Origin: Chrysomallon squamiferum
Taxonomy: Eukaryota > Animalia > Mollusca
DNA length: 64,000 nucleotides
Direction: 5' to 3'
NCBI GenBank assembly: GCA_012295275.1
Contig: CM022678.1
Span: 1,860,001-1,924,000, forward strand
Part shown: piece after piece, positions 33,871-46,366 of the stretch
Layout: each line of letters starts with the position of its first letter
Numbering within the stretch: position 1 is the stretch's first letter
The notes under the pieces: model-generated
What the model saw: the letters and a program-made list of their open reading frames with translations, nothing else
Told to the model about the DNA's origin: nothing
The model's database searches: none
Program-made: the position numbers and the translations under genes

Positions 33871-34679
33871 GAAAACAAACAACAATTATATAAATCTATT
33901 GACTTGCGGATTGATTGGTTGAACAGCTAGTGGATCTACGGATGGATCGGCTGATTGACGAATCAATTTGAATAGCCAGTTAAATTAATAATTAAATGAT
34001 AAACGTACTATACGTACCCACTTTCAGACACTACTAACCCGGTTATGTTTCTTTCTTTTTTTCTTTTTTTTTTGTATATAATAAAGGTAAATAAGTTCAT
34101 ACTATTATTCTTAGCTGCACGATTTATAACATCTTTCAAATTAAAATAAAATAAAATGCAAATACGTTAACTACATTTATGTTCTCATTTATTTTAGTTG
34201 CAGGTGTTTATAGCCTCTTTTAAAATCAATAAAAAGACCGTTGGCAAAAAAAAAAAAAAAAAAATTAGGAATTGTTGGACCAGAAGGAAGCAGCCAGAAA
34301 GAACAAGGAAACATGAACAGCAGCCGAGAAGAGAACAAACAAACAAACAGGACGCAGCCAACACAGACCCGGTGATGACTAGGAGAGCTTCAACGAGCCA
34401 GACAAGTGCCGGAAACAACAAGATGCGGAAAACAACGAAACATCGGAACTGATTCGTTACAATCCAATATGCTGGACACTCCCTTGTGTCCTGCAATCGT
34501 AACGAGAACCCTCTTTCTCTTTCCTTACCCAAAACTCTTTTCTGCGACGGACACACCCGCTGACCTGTCAGAAAGTGTGTTTGTCCTAGACGTGCTTCAC
34601 AACAGCTTGTTCTGATTAGCACGTTCATTTTTTTCATTCATTCATTCACACTACAAGAACAGGAAGAGGTTAAACGGCT

Positions 34680-34910
34680 TATTAACTGTTTGTGTGTGGG
34701 TTTATACTCTTACTTACAAACAACGTAACAGAAGAAAAGAACTAGACTGGCTGATTAGAAATGCAGTGGTAGACAAGTTTTAACAAAGGGACGGACACCC
34801 TCTGTCTCTTCCAGGGAGGAGTTGCCCTCTACACACCTTACCCTCACCTGACCCCTAGAATGTTTAAAACTCACCCGCTGTTGCTTATGACGTCACGAGA
34901 CCGTACACTA
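34680..34910 (+). pseudogene. Orphan fragment of Ig-receptor intron 1 (seventh remnant, plus orientation)
   Basis: CTAGACTGGCTGATTAGAAATGCAG..GTAGACAAGTTTTAACAAAGGGACGGACACCCTCTGTCTCT...TTATGACGTCAC matches intron 1 of copies D, E and F (e.g. 46900-47050); no exon follows. Confidence 0.65.
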
Positions 34911-34994
34911 AAATTAAATTAGTACAACAAAACATATTTCCATTCATTCGTTCTTTATTTATCGTTTGTTTGTTCGTTTGTTTTTTAATTACAT

Positions 34995-35094
34995 GCACGA
35001 CTTCACTTCCCTTGCTACGCCGTGTATCTCATAGACTGGCGTGACGGATTTCCGTTACGTCACTTCCTTTTTCTAAAAACTGAAGAGTACATAG

Positions 35095-35150
<56 letters not shown>

Positions 35151-35486
35151 GAATTTATTATTGTTACATTACATTACGGTATGTTCTATTATATTACATT
35201 ATATCATATTATGTCATGCTATGTTATCCTGCGTTACATTAAATTACATTACATTACACTAAATTATTTCAAACTGAATCACTTTACGTTACCTTACGTT
35301 ACGCTGCCTTACATTACTTTACGTTACCTTACGTTACGCTGCCTTACATTACGTTACGTTGCGATACGTTACATTAGTTAAGGTTATCTGAACAAGAGCT
35401 GGATAACGTTAGTAAAAAATCTCCAGTGAGAGTGAACGAGGTGAGACAGAGGGCTGGTCCAATGTTAGACAAAACCAGGAAACTGT
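34995..35486 (+). pseudogene. Partial duplicate of sulfotransferase exons 6-7
   Basis: DGFPLRHFLFLKTEEYI (35040-35092) and GGTTATCTGAACAAGAGCTGG...GACAAAACCAGGAA (35381-35482) copy 26170-26224 and 26458-26558, including the (GTTAC)n intron; truncated and without valid splice sites. Confidence 0.85.
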
Positions 35487-35509
35487 CAGTTAAATTTAAT
35501 TAATATATA

Positions 35510-35562
<53 letters not shown>

Positions 35563-36125
35563 GTAGTATTACTAAGTTATTGTTGTAGTTACTTATTATT
35601 AATTTACATTTTTTTATTATATCATTTTAAATATCGTCAACATTATACATGTTGTATTGTTGTTTTCATTGCATTTTTAATCATGTAATGACGTAACAAT
35701 CAAATAACGAAATTGTTATTTCTTTTTTATAGCACAAACTCTCTGTGTGTGTGTATAATAATGTATAAAAATATCACTTGTTGATAATTTTAAGATAATA
35801 ATAATAATGATATAAAAATATCACTTGTTGATAATTGTAAGATAATAATAATAATAATAATAACAAGGAGATAAACGTAAGTAACTATGAAATCTTTTTT
35901 TATTTAATACAAAACTTTTACATAACAAACTTTTGATAGCTCTTTACACATCAAATAAACTGAAACAAAGCAGTTTGCAAGCATGCAACTACAAACGAAC
36001 TTAATAATACAGATAACAATAATTTCAGTTCTTTTTTAACAGTTTGATCCCATGACACTAAAAATTAATAATTTGACTTTGCTGAAAGGACGTTAACATT
36101 TTTGGTTATTTTACTTTGTAATAAC

Positions 36126-36198
<73 letters not shown>

Positions 36199-36777
36199 TC
36201 TGTGTATATGTGTTTGAATGTGTTGTGTGTGTTAAAATCAGGGTTAAAATTCTTCAAGCCTATCAAATTAAAACTCACATTACAAAAGGAACAAAATATC
36301 AATATTGATCTACTACACAACAAAATCTATCACAAAGTTAATATAATAATATGTACAAACTTCAAATCAGTATAAAAATATATCGCTTTCTAATCTAGCA
36401 AATAATTAACAATGCAAGACAAATACGAACAAAAAGAAACAAAAAAAAAACGTGTGGATATTACAAGCAACTATTATAGTAGATGTAGTAGTTGTAGTAG
36501 TAGTGGTGGTACTGTTGTTACTGTTATCATAGACATAGTAGTAGTAGTAATATTGTTCTGTAATAGTAGTAGAGTTAGTACTAGTAGTAATATTAGTGGT
36601 ACTGTTTTTACTATTATAGTAATCGTAGGAAAACTAGTAGTAGTGGTAGTTTTAGTAGCAATAGTAGTGATAGTAGTAGCGTAACATTTGTTACTATTAT
36701 AGTAATCGTAGTAGTATAATACTGTTGTAAAAAAAGGTATATGGTGGTGGTAGTTGTAGTAGTTGAATGTGTTGCTC

Positions 36778-36899
36778 TTATTGCTGACGTAGATCTTCAT
36801 ACTGCTCTTCAGGATTAACGTTTCCTGGACCTAGTTTAAACAAAAGAAATTAATTAATTACATGGCTGAGAAGAAATTATTATTATTGTTATTATTGTG

Positions 36900-36965
<66 letters not shown>

Positions 36966-37270
36966 TCTCGGAAAAGGAAAATAATAAATGAATACTTACC
37001 ACGATTCTCAAAAGATCTGTTTTCATATCTAATGAGGAAAAAAGAAAGAAAGAAAAAATACCAACAATAATACGAACATTAAAAACAAAACAAAGGAAAA
37101 GAAGTACAAAAGCAACTACAAATGTATATAAATAATTTTAATATTAAAGAAATAAAGAAATAAATAAAGGTTAAAGAACAATAAAATCAGAATAAAACTT
37201 AAATTTCAAACATTTTTAATTATCGTCATCGAAAATCATTTCCGGTTCCAAAATAATAATAATAATAATA

Positions 37271-37319
<49 letters not shown>

Positions 37320-37904
37320 TTAAACAACTAAAGAAAAAGAAAACTTACATGTGATCTTTTGAAGTTGAAGATTTCCCTGAAAATAAAATAAACAATGCAA
37401 CAAAAATCATTTTTCGTCACCTAAATAAATCAGATAATTAACTTTTCCATTTGTTTGTCTGATTGTTTATTTGTATTGCTACTACTACTGTTTTATTCAC
37501 TTTCCCAATATAGAACGACAATTTATTGCTTACCCTTTGCTGATTCTTTTCGTTTTTTGATGATGCAACGTTTTTTGATGATGACAACGGCAGCAACAAA
37601 CAACATGATACACCTACTCCAACAGTTTTCCATTTTCTAAGAAAACAAAATGAAAATTGTTTTATAAATTAAACACCTAAGACGAATCTACCTTCTTTTT
37701 TCCAACACCAGCCGAGAATGAGAGTTTTCCATTTTCGTCAGCGGCATCTGACGGGTTTGTGAGGTCGTGACTGGACTTTGTTCTCCTGCCCCAGTGCGTT
37801 CCCGAATATTGTCTACCTGCAGAGTCTGTTCAGACGTACATAAGACAGAGAATATTCATTCCTAAACCCACACACACACATTTTAAATCGCATTGAACAA
37901 TATA

Positions 37905-37967
<63 letters not shown>

Positions 37968-39753
37968 TATAAAACTATAAATAAACAAATAAATAAATAA
38001 ATCAGTAAATAAGTAAGTAAGTAAGTAAATAAATTAGTTAATTAAAGTTTGATCTAAGATAACTCACTGACTACGTTCAGTCTGAAGAACTTCTCCACTT
38101 TTGCTCCAGTTGCTGGATTTCTCGCGGAACACTTGTAGTATCCTGATTGTTGTTGTGTGACGTCAGAAAGACTCAAGTTCTCTCCAGCTGCAAACTCCTG
38201 GCCAAAGAACGACCACGTGTACGTACATCCGGGTCTGCAGTCAGCTACACACGAAACACGTAAAGATCCAAACTCGGTAAGAGTGTGAGTTGTTTTATCA
38301 GGCTTCAGTGATGTCTCTTCATCAACTGGTCCATCTACAGTAAAAATAGTGATTATCTTTAGTCACTAAACCATCTGCAGTTAGAATAGTGATTATCTTT
38401 AGTCAGTAAACCATCTACAGTTAAAACAGTGATTATCTTTAGTGACTGGACCATCTACAGTAAAAATAGTGATTATCTTTAGTGACTGGACCATCTACAG
38501 TTAAAATAGTGATTTTCTTTTGTGACTGGACCATCTATAGTAAAAATAGTGATTATCTTTAGTGACTGGACCATCTACAGTAAAAATAGTGATTATCTTT
38601 AGTGACTGGACCATCTACAGTTAAAATAGTGATTTTCTTTTGTGACTGGACCATCTATAGTAAAAATAGTGATTATCTTTAGTGACTGGACCATCTATAG
38701 TAAAAATAGTGATTATCTTTAGTGACTGGACTATCTACAGTTAAAACAGTGATTTTCTTTTGTGACTGGAACCTTTATAGTTTAAATAGTGATACTCTTT
38801 AGTGACTGAGTCATCTACAGTTAAAATAGTGATTATCCTTAGTGACTGGACAATTTACAGTTAAAACAATTACATCTACCTCTTTGTGTCTCACTAATTA
38901 TTATATGACTGTTTGTGTGTGAGTAGGTATGAATATGTATATGTATATATGTCTGTGTGTGAGTAGGTATGAATATGTATATGTATATATGTATGTATGT
39001 GAGTAGGTATGAATATGTATATATATATATGTATGTATGTGAGTAGGTATGAATATGTATATATATATATGTATGTATGTATGTATGTTTAGGTAGGTGT
39101 GTGCATGTGTTTGTACCTATATGCAACTAACTAGACTCACAATGAACAACTAGACGAATTCTGTTAGATTTCACTTCTTCGTCAGTTCTCATTTCACTGT
39201 TTCTGGCTGAACAGTGAATCTCCTTGTTGTGATGACTTCTCTCAGGAATGTAGGTGAAGGAAACCTCAGTTTTTGGTGAGTCAAGTTCATATTTGAGAGG
39301 ATTACAAAGAGTCCTTCCAGTTTTAAAACTTGTCACTGATTTTCGAGTTGTAACTCTTAGATCTGTCTCGTTCACTTTCAGTTTTGTTTCTGGTTCTGGA
39401 CTCGCTCCTCCAACTTTGCAGGTAAAACCGTCATATCTCTTTCCCTCCACCACCGTCAGCAAATCCCCACCCTCAGATACAGACAACACACAGCAGTCGA
39501 CTTTGTCTGAAATCAGGGTTAAATAATTACACGTGTGTTTTGCTAAATCTGCATGAATTTACGTTTAACAGTGTGTATTTGTGTGCGTTCGTATGTATGT
39601 ATGTATGTATGTGTGTATGGGGTATGTGTTTGTATGTAAGTATATACGTATGTACGTACGTATACATGTAATAAATCATTTAGTTTTATCGAAGTTTACC
39701 CGGACAACAACAATAACAATAAAATAAAATACAATAAAATAAAATAAAATAAG

Positions 39754-39804
<51 letters not shown>

Positions 39805-41089
39805 ACAAACAAAACTATTATATATTTACAAAATAATTGTTTGGTACGTACGTGTAAAATTAACAGTTACAGTGTTGCTGTAATAGTATCGACTGTCATG
39901 ACGTGTCTGGCAATAAAAGCCTGTTAAATGAGTAATCGCAGCTGTTGTCATGACAGCTCTGTATTCTTTCAGTCGAGATCCGCCTTCACTTGTCCCTGAT
40001 CCACAGTATGCGTTCATGATGACTGGAACATTGCGATCATTTGTATACGCAGAACATCTTGATGAATACTGATTAAACTGAATTATGTAGCTTCCACGAG
40101 GCGCTAGATTTTCCATCATATACACATAAATATACAGGTTGTGATTAGTGGTCTCGACGTTCTCCACTCTGATGTTTAAGGTGACTGACTTGCCTCTTTC
40201 CACTTTACTCGGCGAAAAACTCATTTGTACCGAGACACCTGTGTCAAAATACAAACATCAGTCTAAATTTTAAATAAAAAGGAAGTAGAAAAAATAATAA
40301 TAATAAAAGAAAAGAAAAATAATAAAGAAAAAAAATAAAAGAAAAATAATACAGAAAAAATAAAAGAAAAATAATAAAGAAAAAATATAAGGTAAATATA
40401 AGAATAAAACTAATAATAATAATAAGAAGAAGTTTTAGTTAATAACGTTGTTTGACAAAGGTGACGTGACGTCAGAGGTAACAGTGGGTAAGGACTAAAC
40501 ACTACTGGGGTCCAGTGCTATTTTTAGAGCACGACCTTCCCCGGTACAGACAGAGGTGTCCGCCCTCAGTTAGTAAGACAAAGCGTCTACCACCACCCTT
40601 TTAATCAGACTACCACCACCCTTTTAATCAGACATCGCAGCTGTTTTGTTTTATTCCCTTACAGAAACTATTTTTTAAGAACTTTGATCCTGGCCTCTCA
40701 GACTGTTGTTGTTCTTCAGAGAATTACCGCGTACTGCACGGTCCAGTGAACACACGTGTGAGGTAAGTAGACTGAAAACTTACTTTGTGAGACAGGAATG
40801 CCTGTGACGTAACAGTGAAACAACAGGTTGCTATGGAAACAACTCTGTGTTTACTTCCTGTTTTATCAGAATTGTATTTCATCTGTACACACGATTTATT
40901 ACTAAGAAGTATTAAATGATTTATAATAAATGTGTAAATTTATAATAAATAGTCTATATTCTTATATTAATTTTCATTATTAAACTATGTAGTTATTTTT
41001 CCACACAAGTAAATCAAACACTTACCTGTACAAGTAGTAAACATCGCTAAACAAAACAAAAACACGAGTGAAAACTTTCTGAAATCCAT
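36778..41089 (-). CDS. Ig-superfamily receptor copy B: intact SP + 3 Ig-like domains, TM exon frameshifted (predicted secreted form or recent pseudogene)
   Basis: Exons SP 41089-41026, D1 40238-39852 (387 nt), Ig2 39506-39141 (366 nt) and Ig3 38334-38068 (267 nt) are all open. The TM exon from 37636 has a 16-nt deletion giving KNGKLLE* (TAG 37616-37614). Tail exons (GKSSTSKDH, IYENRSFENR, GPGNVNPEEQYEDLRQQ*, ending 36778) are intact. Confidence 0.75.
38335..38870 (-). repeat. 40-bp splice-acceptor tandem array, copy B intron 3 (~13 homogeneous units)
   Basis: Plus-strand unit CCATCTACAGTTAAAATAGTGATTATCTTTAGTGACTGGA repeated head to tail up to the real acceptor at 38335. Confidence 0.9.
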
Positions 41090-42555
41090 TGACCAAATCT
41101 CTGTAACCGTCAGATATTGAAAAATGATTCAAATTTTAGTTATAAATGTTAGTGACAACGTCTTCCGACCGTCTCCAAAGTCTTCTCTAAAATACACCTT
41201 CCTGCTTTAGCTGTTCGTCTGTTTGTAAATATCTAACAGGACGTTTTAAACGTTTTCTATTCAGTTTACGTATTAATTTTTATATTCGTCGTAACATGGT
41301 ACAAACGATCAATTGAAAAGTGGGCTGGGGTGAAACGAGGTGACACAGAAAGAGAACATTTGTATATTCTCTTTTCAGCGAATCTTTCGTATTATAAAGA
41401 AAGAAAAAATACATCTACATACTGTAAGGTAACTGGAAGAAGAGGAATGTTTTATTTGATACTCAACACGCATTATTCATGATTGTATCGTCAGAATGAA
41501 TATGAAAATAAAGACTGTTTCTTAGATTTCTCATATGATTCAAATCACACTAAGTCGACAAAGAAAGGTCGCCTTTTCTCTCTTCTGAATATGTCTATGT
41601 TTTTATCTGTCTGCCGTTCTATATATGTCTTCGCACCTTCCATCTATCTATGTATTTAAAATTACACACTAACACACACACACACACACACACAGACCTC
41701 AAGCAAATATACGTATGGATATTTATGTTGTATGCTTCTTTATATTTACGTGATTGTTCTATAAGTGTGTTACAATCACAGATATGATGATCAGATAGAT
41801 TTTTATATTTTCGAAACTAATCAGATATATATATATTTGTGTGTGTTTATGTTTATATATAGTTCAAAGTTTCTTATTTAGTGTTTAATTGCTTAAAAGA
41901 CCATTTTGAAAAGGTTTTCATTGAGAAAACAACGAGTAGCGGTGAGATGAGAAATAAAACAGTTAATTTCGTTTAGTTTTTGAATTACTTAGCACTGTAG
42001 GATAAAATAAATAACTCGACACAGCCTCGCAGACTCGGGACACTGTTGTTGTTTTTTGTGCGAATGTATTTTCGCTGTAAGTCGGGTGAAAAACCATGTA
42101 ACTGAAATCTCGTAATACAGGAAGTAAACATCGAGGTATTTCGAGAGCCGTCTGCTGTTTGACTGGTACGTCACAGGCGCTGTTTTGTAATTGGTACAAA
42201 GATCATACTGCTTTTGTATGCGTATACACTGTTACTAACATATAGCACAACAGAAGTAAAAAAATGGTAGTGGTAGACAAGTTTTAATGAAGGGACAGAT
42301 TCACGCTGTCTCTACTGGGGAGAGTAGCCCTCGCCTGATCCCTTCCTGACCCCTAACCTCTTTAGTCCTCACCCATTATCACTTATGACGTCAGATGACA
42401 GGGGACTAAAATGTATTAAATAAAATATATTTTTATTTTATTTTTTTCCTTTCTTTCTTTCTTTTATTATTATTATTATTTTTTTTTTTTTCTGGCCCTG
42501 TTTTTCTACTTCCTTTTCATTTAAAATCTCAACTGATGTTTTTATGTTGACACAG

Positions 42556-43615
<1,060 letters not shown>

Positions 43616-44581
43616 ATAATAAATTGTTGTTGTAGATTGGCAAAGTGAATGAAAGAAAAGTCAATAAAAGATTAGCAGTATTAAAACCAACAAATAAATA
43701 AACAAACCAACAAATAAATAAATAAGTAAACAAACACCAAAACAAATTTATTATTACTACTACTTCTGCTACTTCTACGTCAGAAATAACAGAAACATTG
43801 TCAACTACTAAAACTGTTACTAAGACAACTGCTACTAGTACTTCTACAACTACTACAACGATAACAACAGTATTACTGCAATTAACACTTCACCTACTTG
43901 TTCTACTACTACTACAACTACTATCTAGTAATAGTACTCCTACTTTACTACCACTACTACGACTACTACCACTAGTTACTAGTTCTGCATCTGCTTCTAA
44001 AACTGCGACGACCATAATAGTAACTGCTACTACTACTACTATTACTACTATATCTACTACCACTTCAACTGCTGCTAGTACTACCACTGCTACAAACTAC
44101 TATAATACTACAACACTACTACTACTACTACAACTAGTAGTAATAATACCACTACTACGACTGTTTCTAGTAGTATCACTACTACGCGTACTAGAATAGT
44201 AACAACAGTACTACTACTACTGTGACTACTACTACTTCAATGCTTCTAGTACACTACCACAACTGCTACTACTACTGCTGCTGTTGCTGATGTTGTTTGT
44301 GATGTCCCCACATTTATTTTTTCTTTATTTATTTTAGTATTTCTCTTGTATTGTTAATTGTTTGCTAGATTAGAAAGAGATATATATTTGTATACTGATT
44401 TGAAGTTTGTACATATTAATAAACTGATTTTGTTTGTGATAAAGATTTTGTTCTGTAGTAGTTCTATATGGACGCTTTGTTCATTTTTGTAACGTGAGTT
44501 TTAATTTGATAGGCTTTCAATTTTTTTACCTTGATAATATTCATATTTGTATTTTCATGTTGTCACCTCTACTACTACTGC

Positions 44582-44623
<42 letters not shown>

Positions 44624-44829
44624 ATTGCACTGTACATACATGCTTGTTAACTTCTTCCTTTCTTTCAGTTAATTTGATATATAAACGTCTCACAAAATGT
44701 TATTTGTAATAGTTATTTTGTATTAAATAAATATAACATACATTTATTTATGTTTCTTCATGAGAAAGTGAGAAAGAAAGAAAGAGAGAGAGAAAAAACA
44801 GAGAATCAGAGAGATAAACACAGAGAGAG

Positions 44830-44912
<83 letters not shown>

Positions 44913-44924
44913 TAATAATGAACG

Positions 44925-45137
44925 TAGCAAAATTTATTTTTACCGTAAAAAGACCAGCTCCACCATAGTGCCTCTTTACCAAACAAACCCGTGTTCTGCA
45001 CAATCTGCGGATGAATACACATTCTGGAATATAGGTCCGTCGAGCAGCACTTCCCACAGCCGAGAATGTGGAAGTAGGGGAGACAACTTATGTGTCCCGT
45101 CTCCTCAAACCAGCAAGGATTCTTTACATTCTTTACA
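44925..45137 (-). pseudogene. Inverted duplicate of sulfotransferase exon 2
   Basis: KNVKNPCWFEETGHISCLPYFHILGCGKCCSTDLYSRMCIHPQIVQNTGLFGKEALWWSWSFYG plus downstream intron sequence, nearly identical to 23930-24150; isolated and without its acceptor. Confidence 0.9.
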
Positions 45138-45645
45138 GAGAGAGAGAGAGAAAAAGAGACAGAGAAAGAGCGAGACAGAGAGAGACAGAGATAGAGACAG
45201 ATAGAGACAGAGAGAAAGACAGTGAGAGACAGAGAGAGAGATTGTGTTATAAAACAAAATAACATGACATATTTTATTAGTTTTATTGTGCATCATTACA
45301 TGAATAAAAATTTAACAGAACAACATACATAATGATGATAATATTTAAGATTGATAAGTTACTATAACAACAATAATACTAGTACTGCTTATAAATTAAT
45401 AATAATAATAATGACAATGATAATAATAATAATAATAACAATAACAATAACAATAACAACATACTAAACAAAAGCTCAGTCAGGACCTATGTAATTCAAT
45501 CTTGGCAGCTTTTTTAATGGGTTTTTTTTTCATGTAAGATTAAAATAATAATAATAATAATAATAAAAATGATAAGAAGAAGAAGAAGAAGAAGAAGAAA
45601 AAGAAGATGAAGAAGAGCAATAATAATAATAACAACATAATAAGC

Positions 45646-45810
45646 AGAGCTGTATCTTCCTGGTTCAAATGTCGCTGTTTTCGTGTCACTGGAATCAGGT
45701 TGATGTTTTGTATTCAGCTTGTTAAAGAAGACGAAGAAGAAATCCAATACTACTGGGTCAAAACCTCGCGAATATTTTACACAGTGAAGATTAAATGTCA
45801 CCAAACTAGT
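45646..45810. repeat. ~160-bp conserved upstream module of Ig-receptor genes (5 copies)
   Basis: GAGCTGTATCTTCCTGGTTCAAAT...CAAAACCTCGCGAATATTTTACACA..GAAGATTAAAT, also at 53207-53370, 59256-59420, 59916-60050 and 60561-60720. Confidence 0.85.
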
Positions 45811-46366
45811 GTCACGATTTGATTTTTTAACGTTGTTGTTACATTTTTTAAACACCATCATTTTATGTGACGTGTTTCTTAAAACTAAATAAATGTAAAA
45901 TAATGATGATGAAGAAAACGATGCTAAAAATAAAAATAGTTATTTCTGTTGTTCTTGTTTCTGTTTCAAAAATATTAAACACTAAGATTTCTCTTTTTAT
46001 GTATATATATATATATATTTCTATACATGTAAAATCTTCATCAGGTAAACAATCTTTTCTTTCTTTTTTAAATCTGAGACGGACATTTTAAACAGCTTGT
46101 GAAAATTGATATGACTTCAATACCTTTTCTGATACCCTGTCCCCTGCACCCCAGACTATTCTTCTTGTTCAGAAAAATACAGCGTACTGCACGGTTCAGT
46201 GAACGCACGTTTGTTGTTACTTGCTGAAAGCTTCGTTTGTGAGACAGAAACGTAAATCAGAATCAAACAAGAACGTCTCTGACATAGCACAGAGCACTTT
46301 CAAAACACCTCGTAAATATAAATCTCAGTTATTTTACAATATCTGACTATTACAGAGATATGGTCA

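Noticed and set aside
34194-34637. ORFs of 69-147 aa in a purine-rich unique stretch
   Set aside because: No motif or splice support; possibly retroelement-derived sequence next to the LINE-like fragment.
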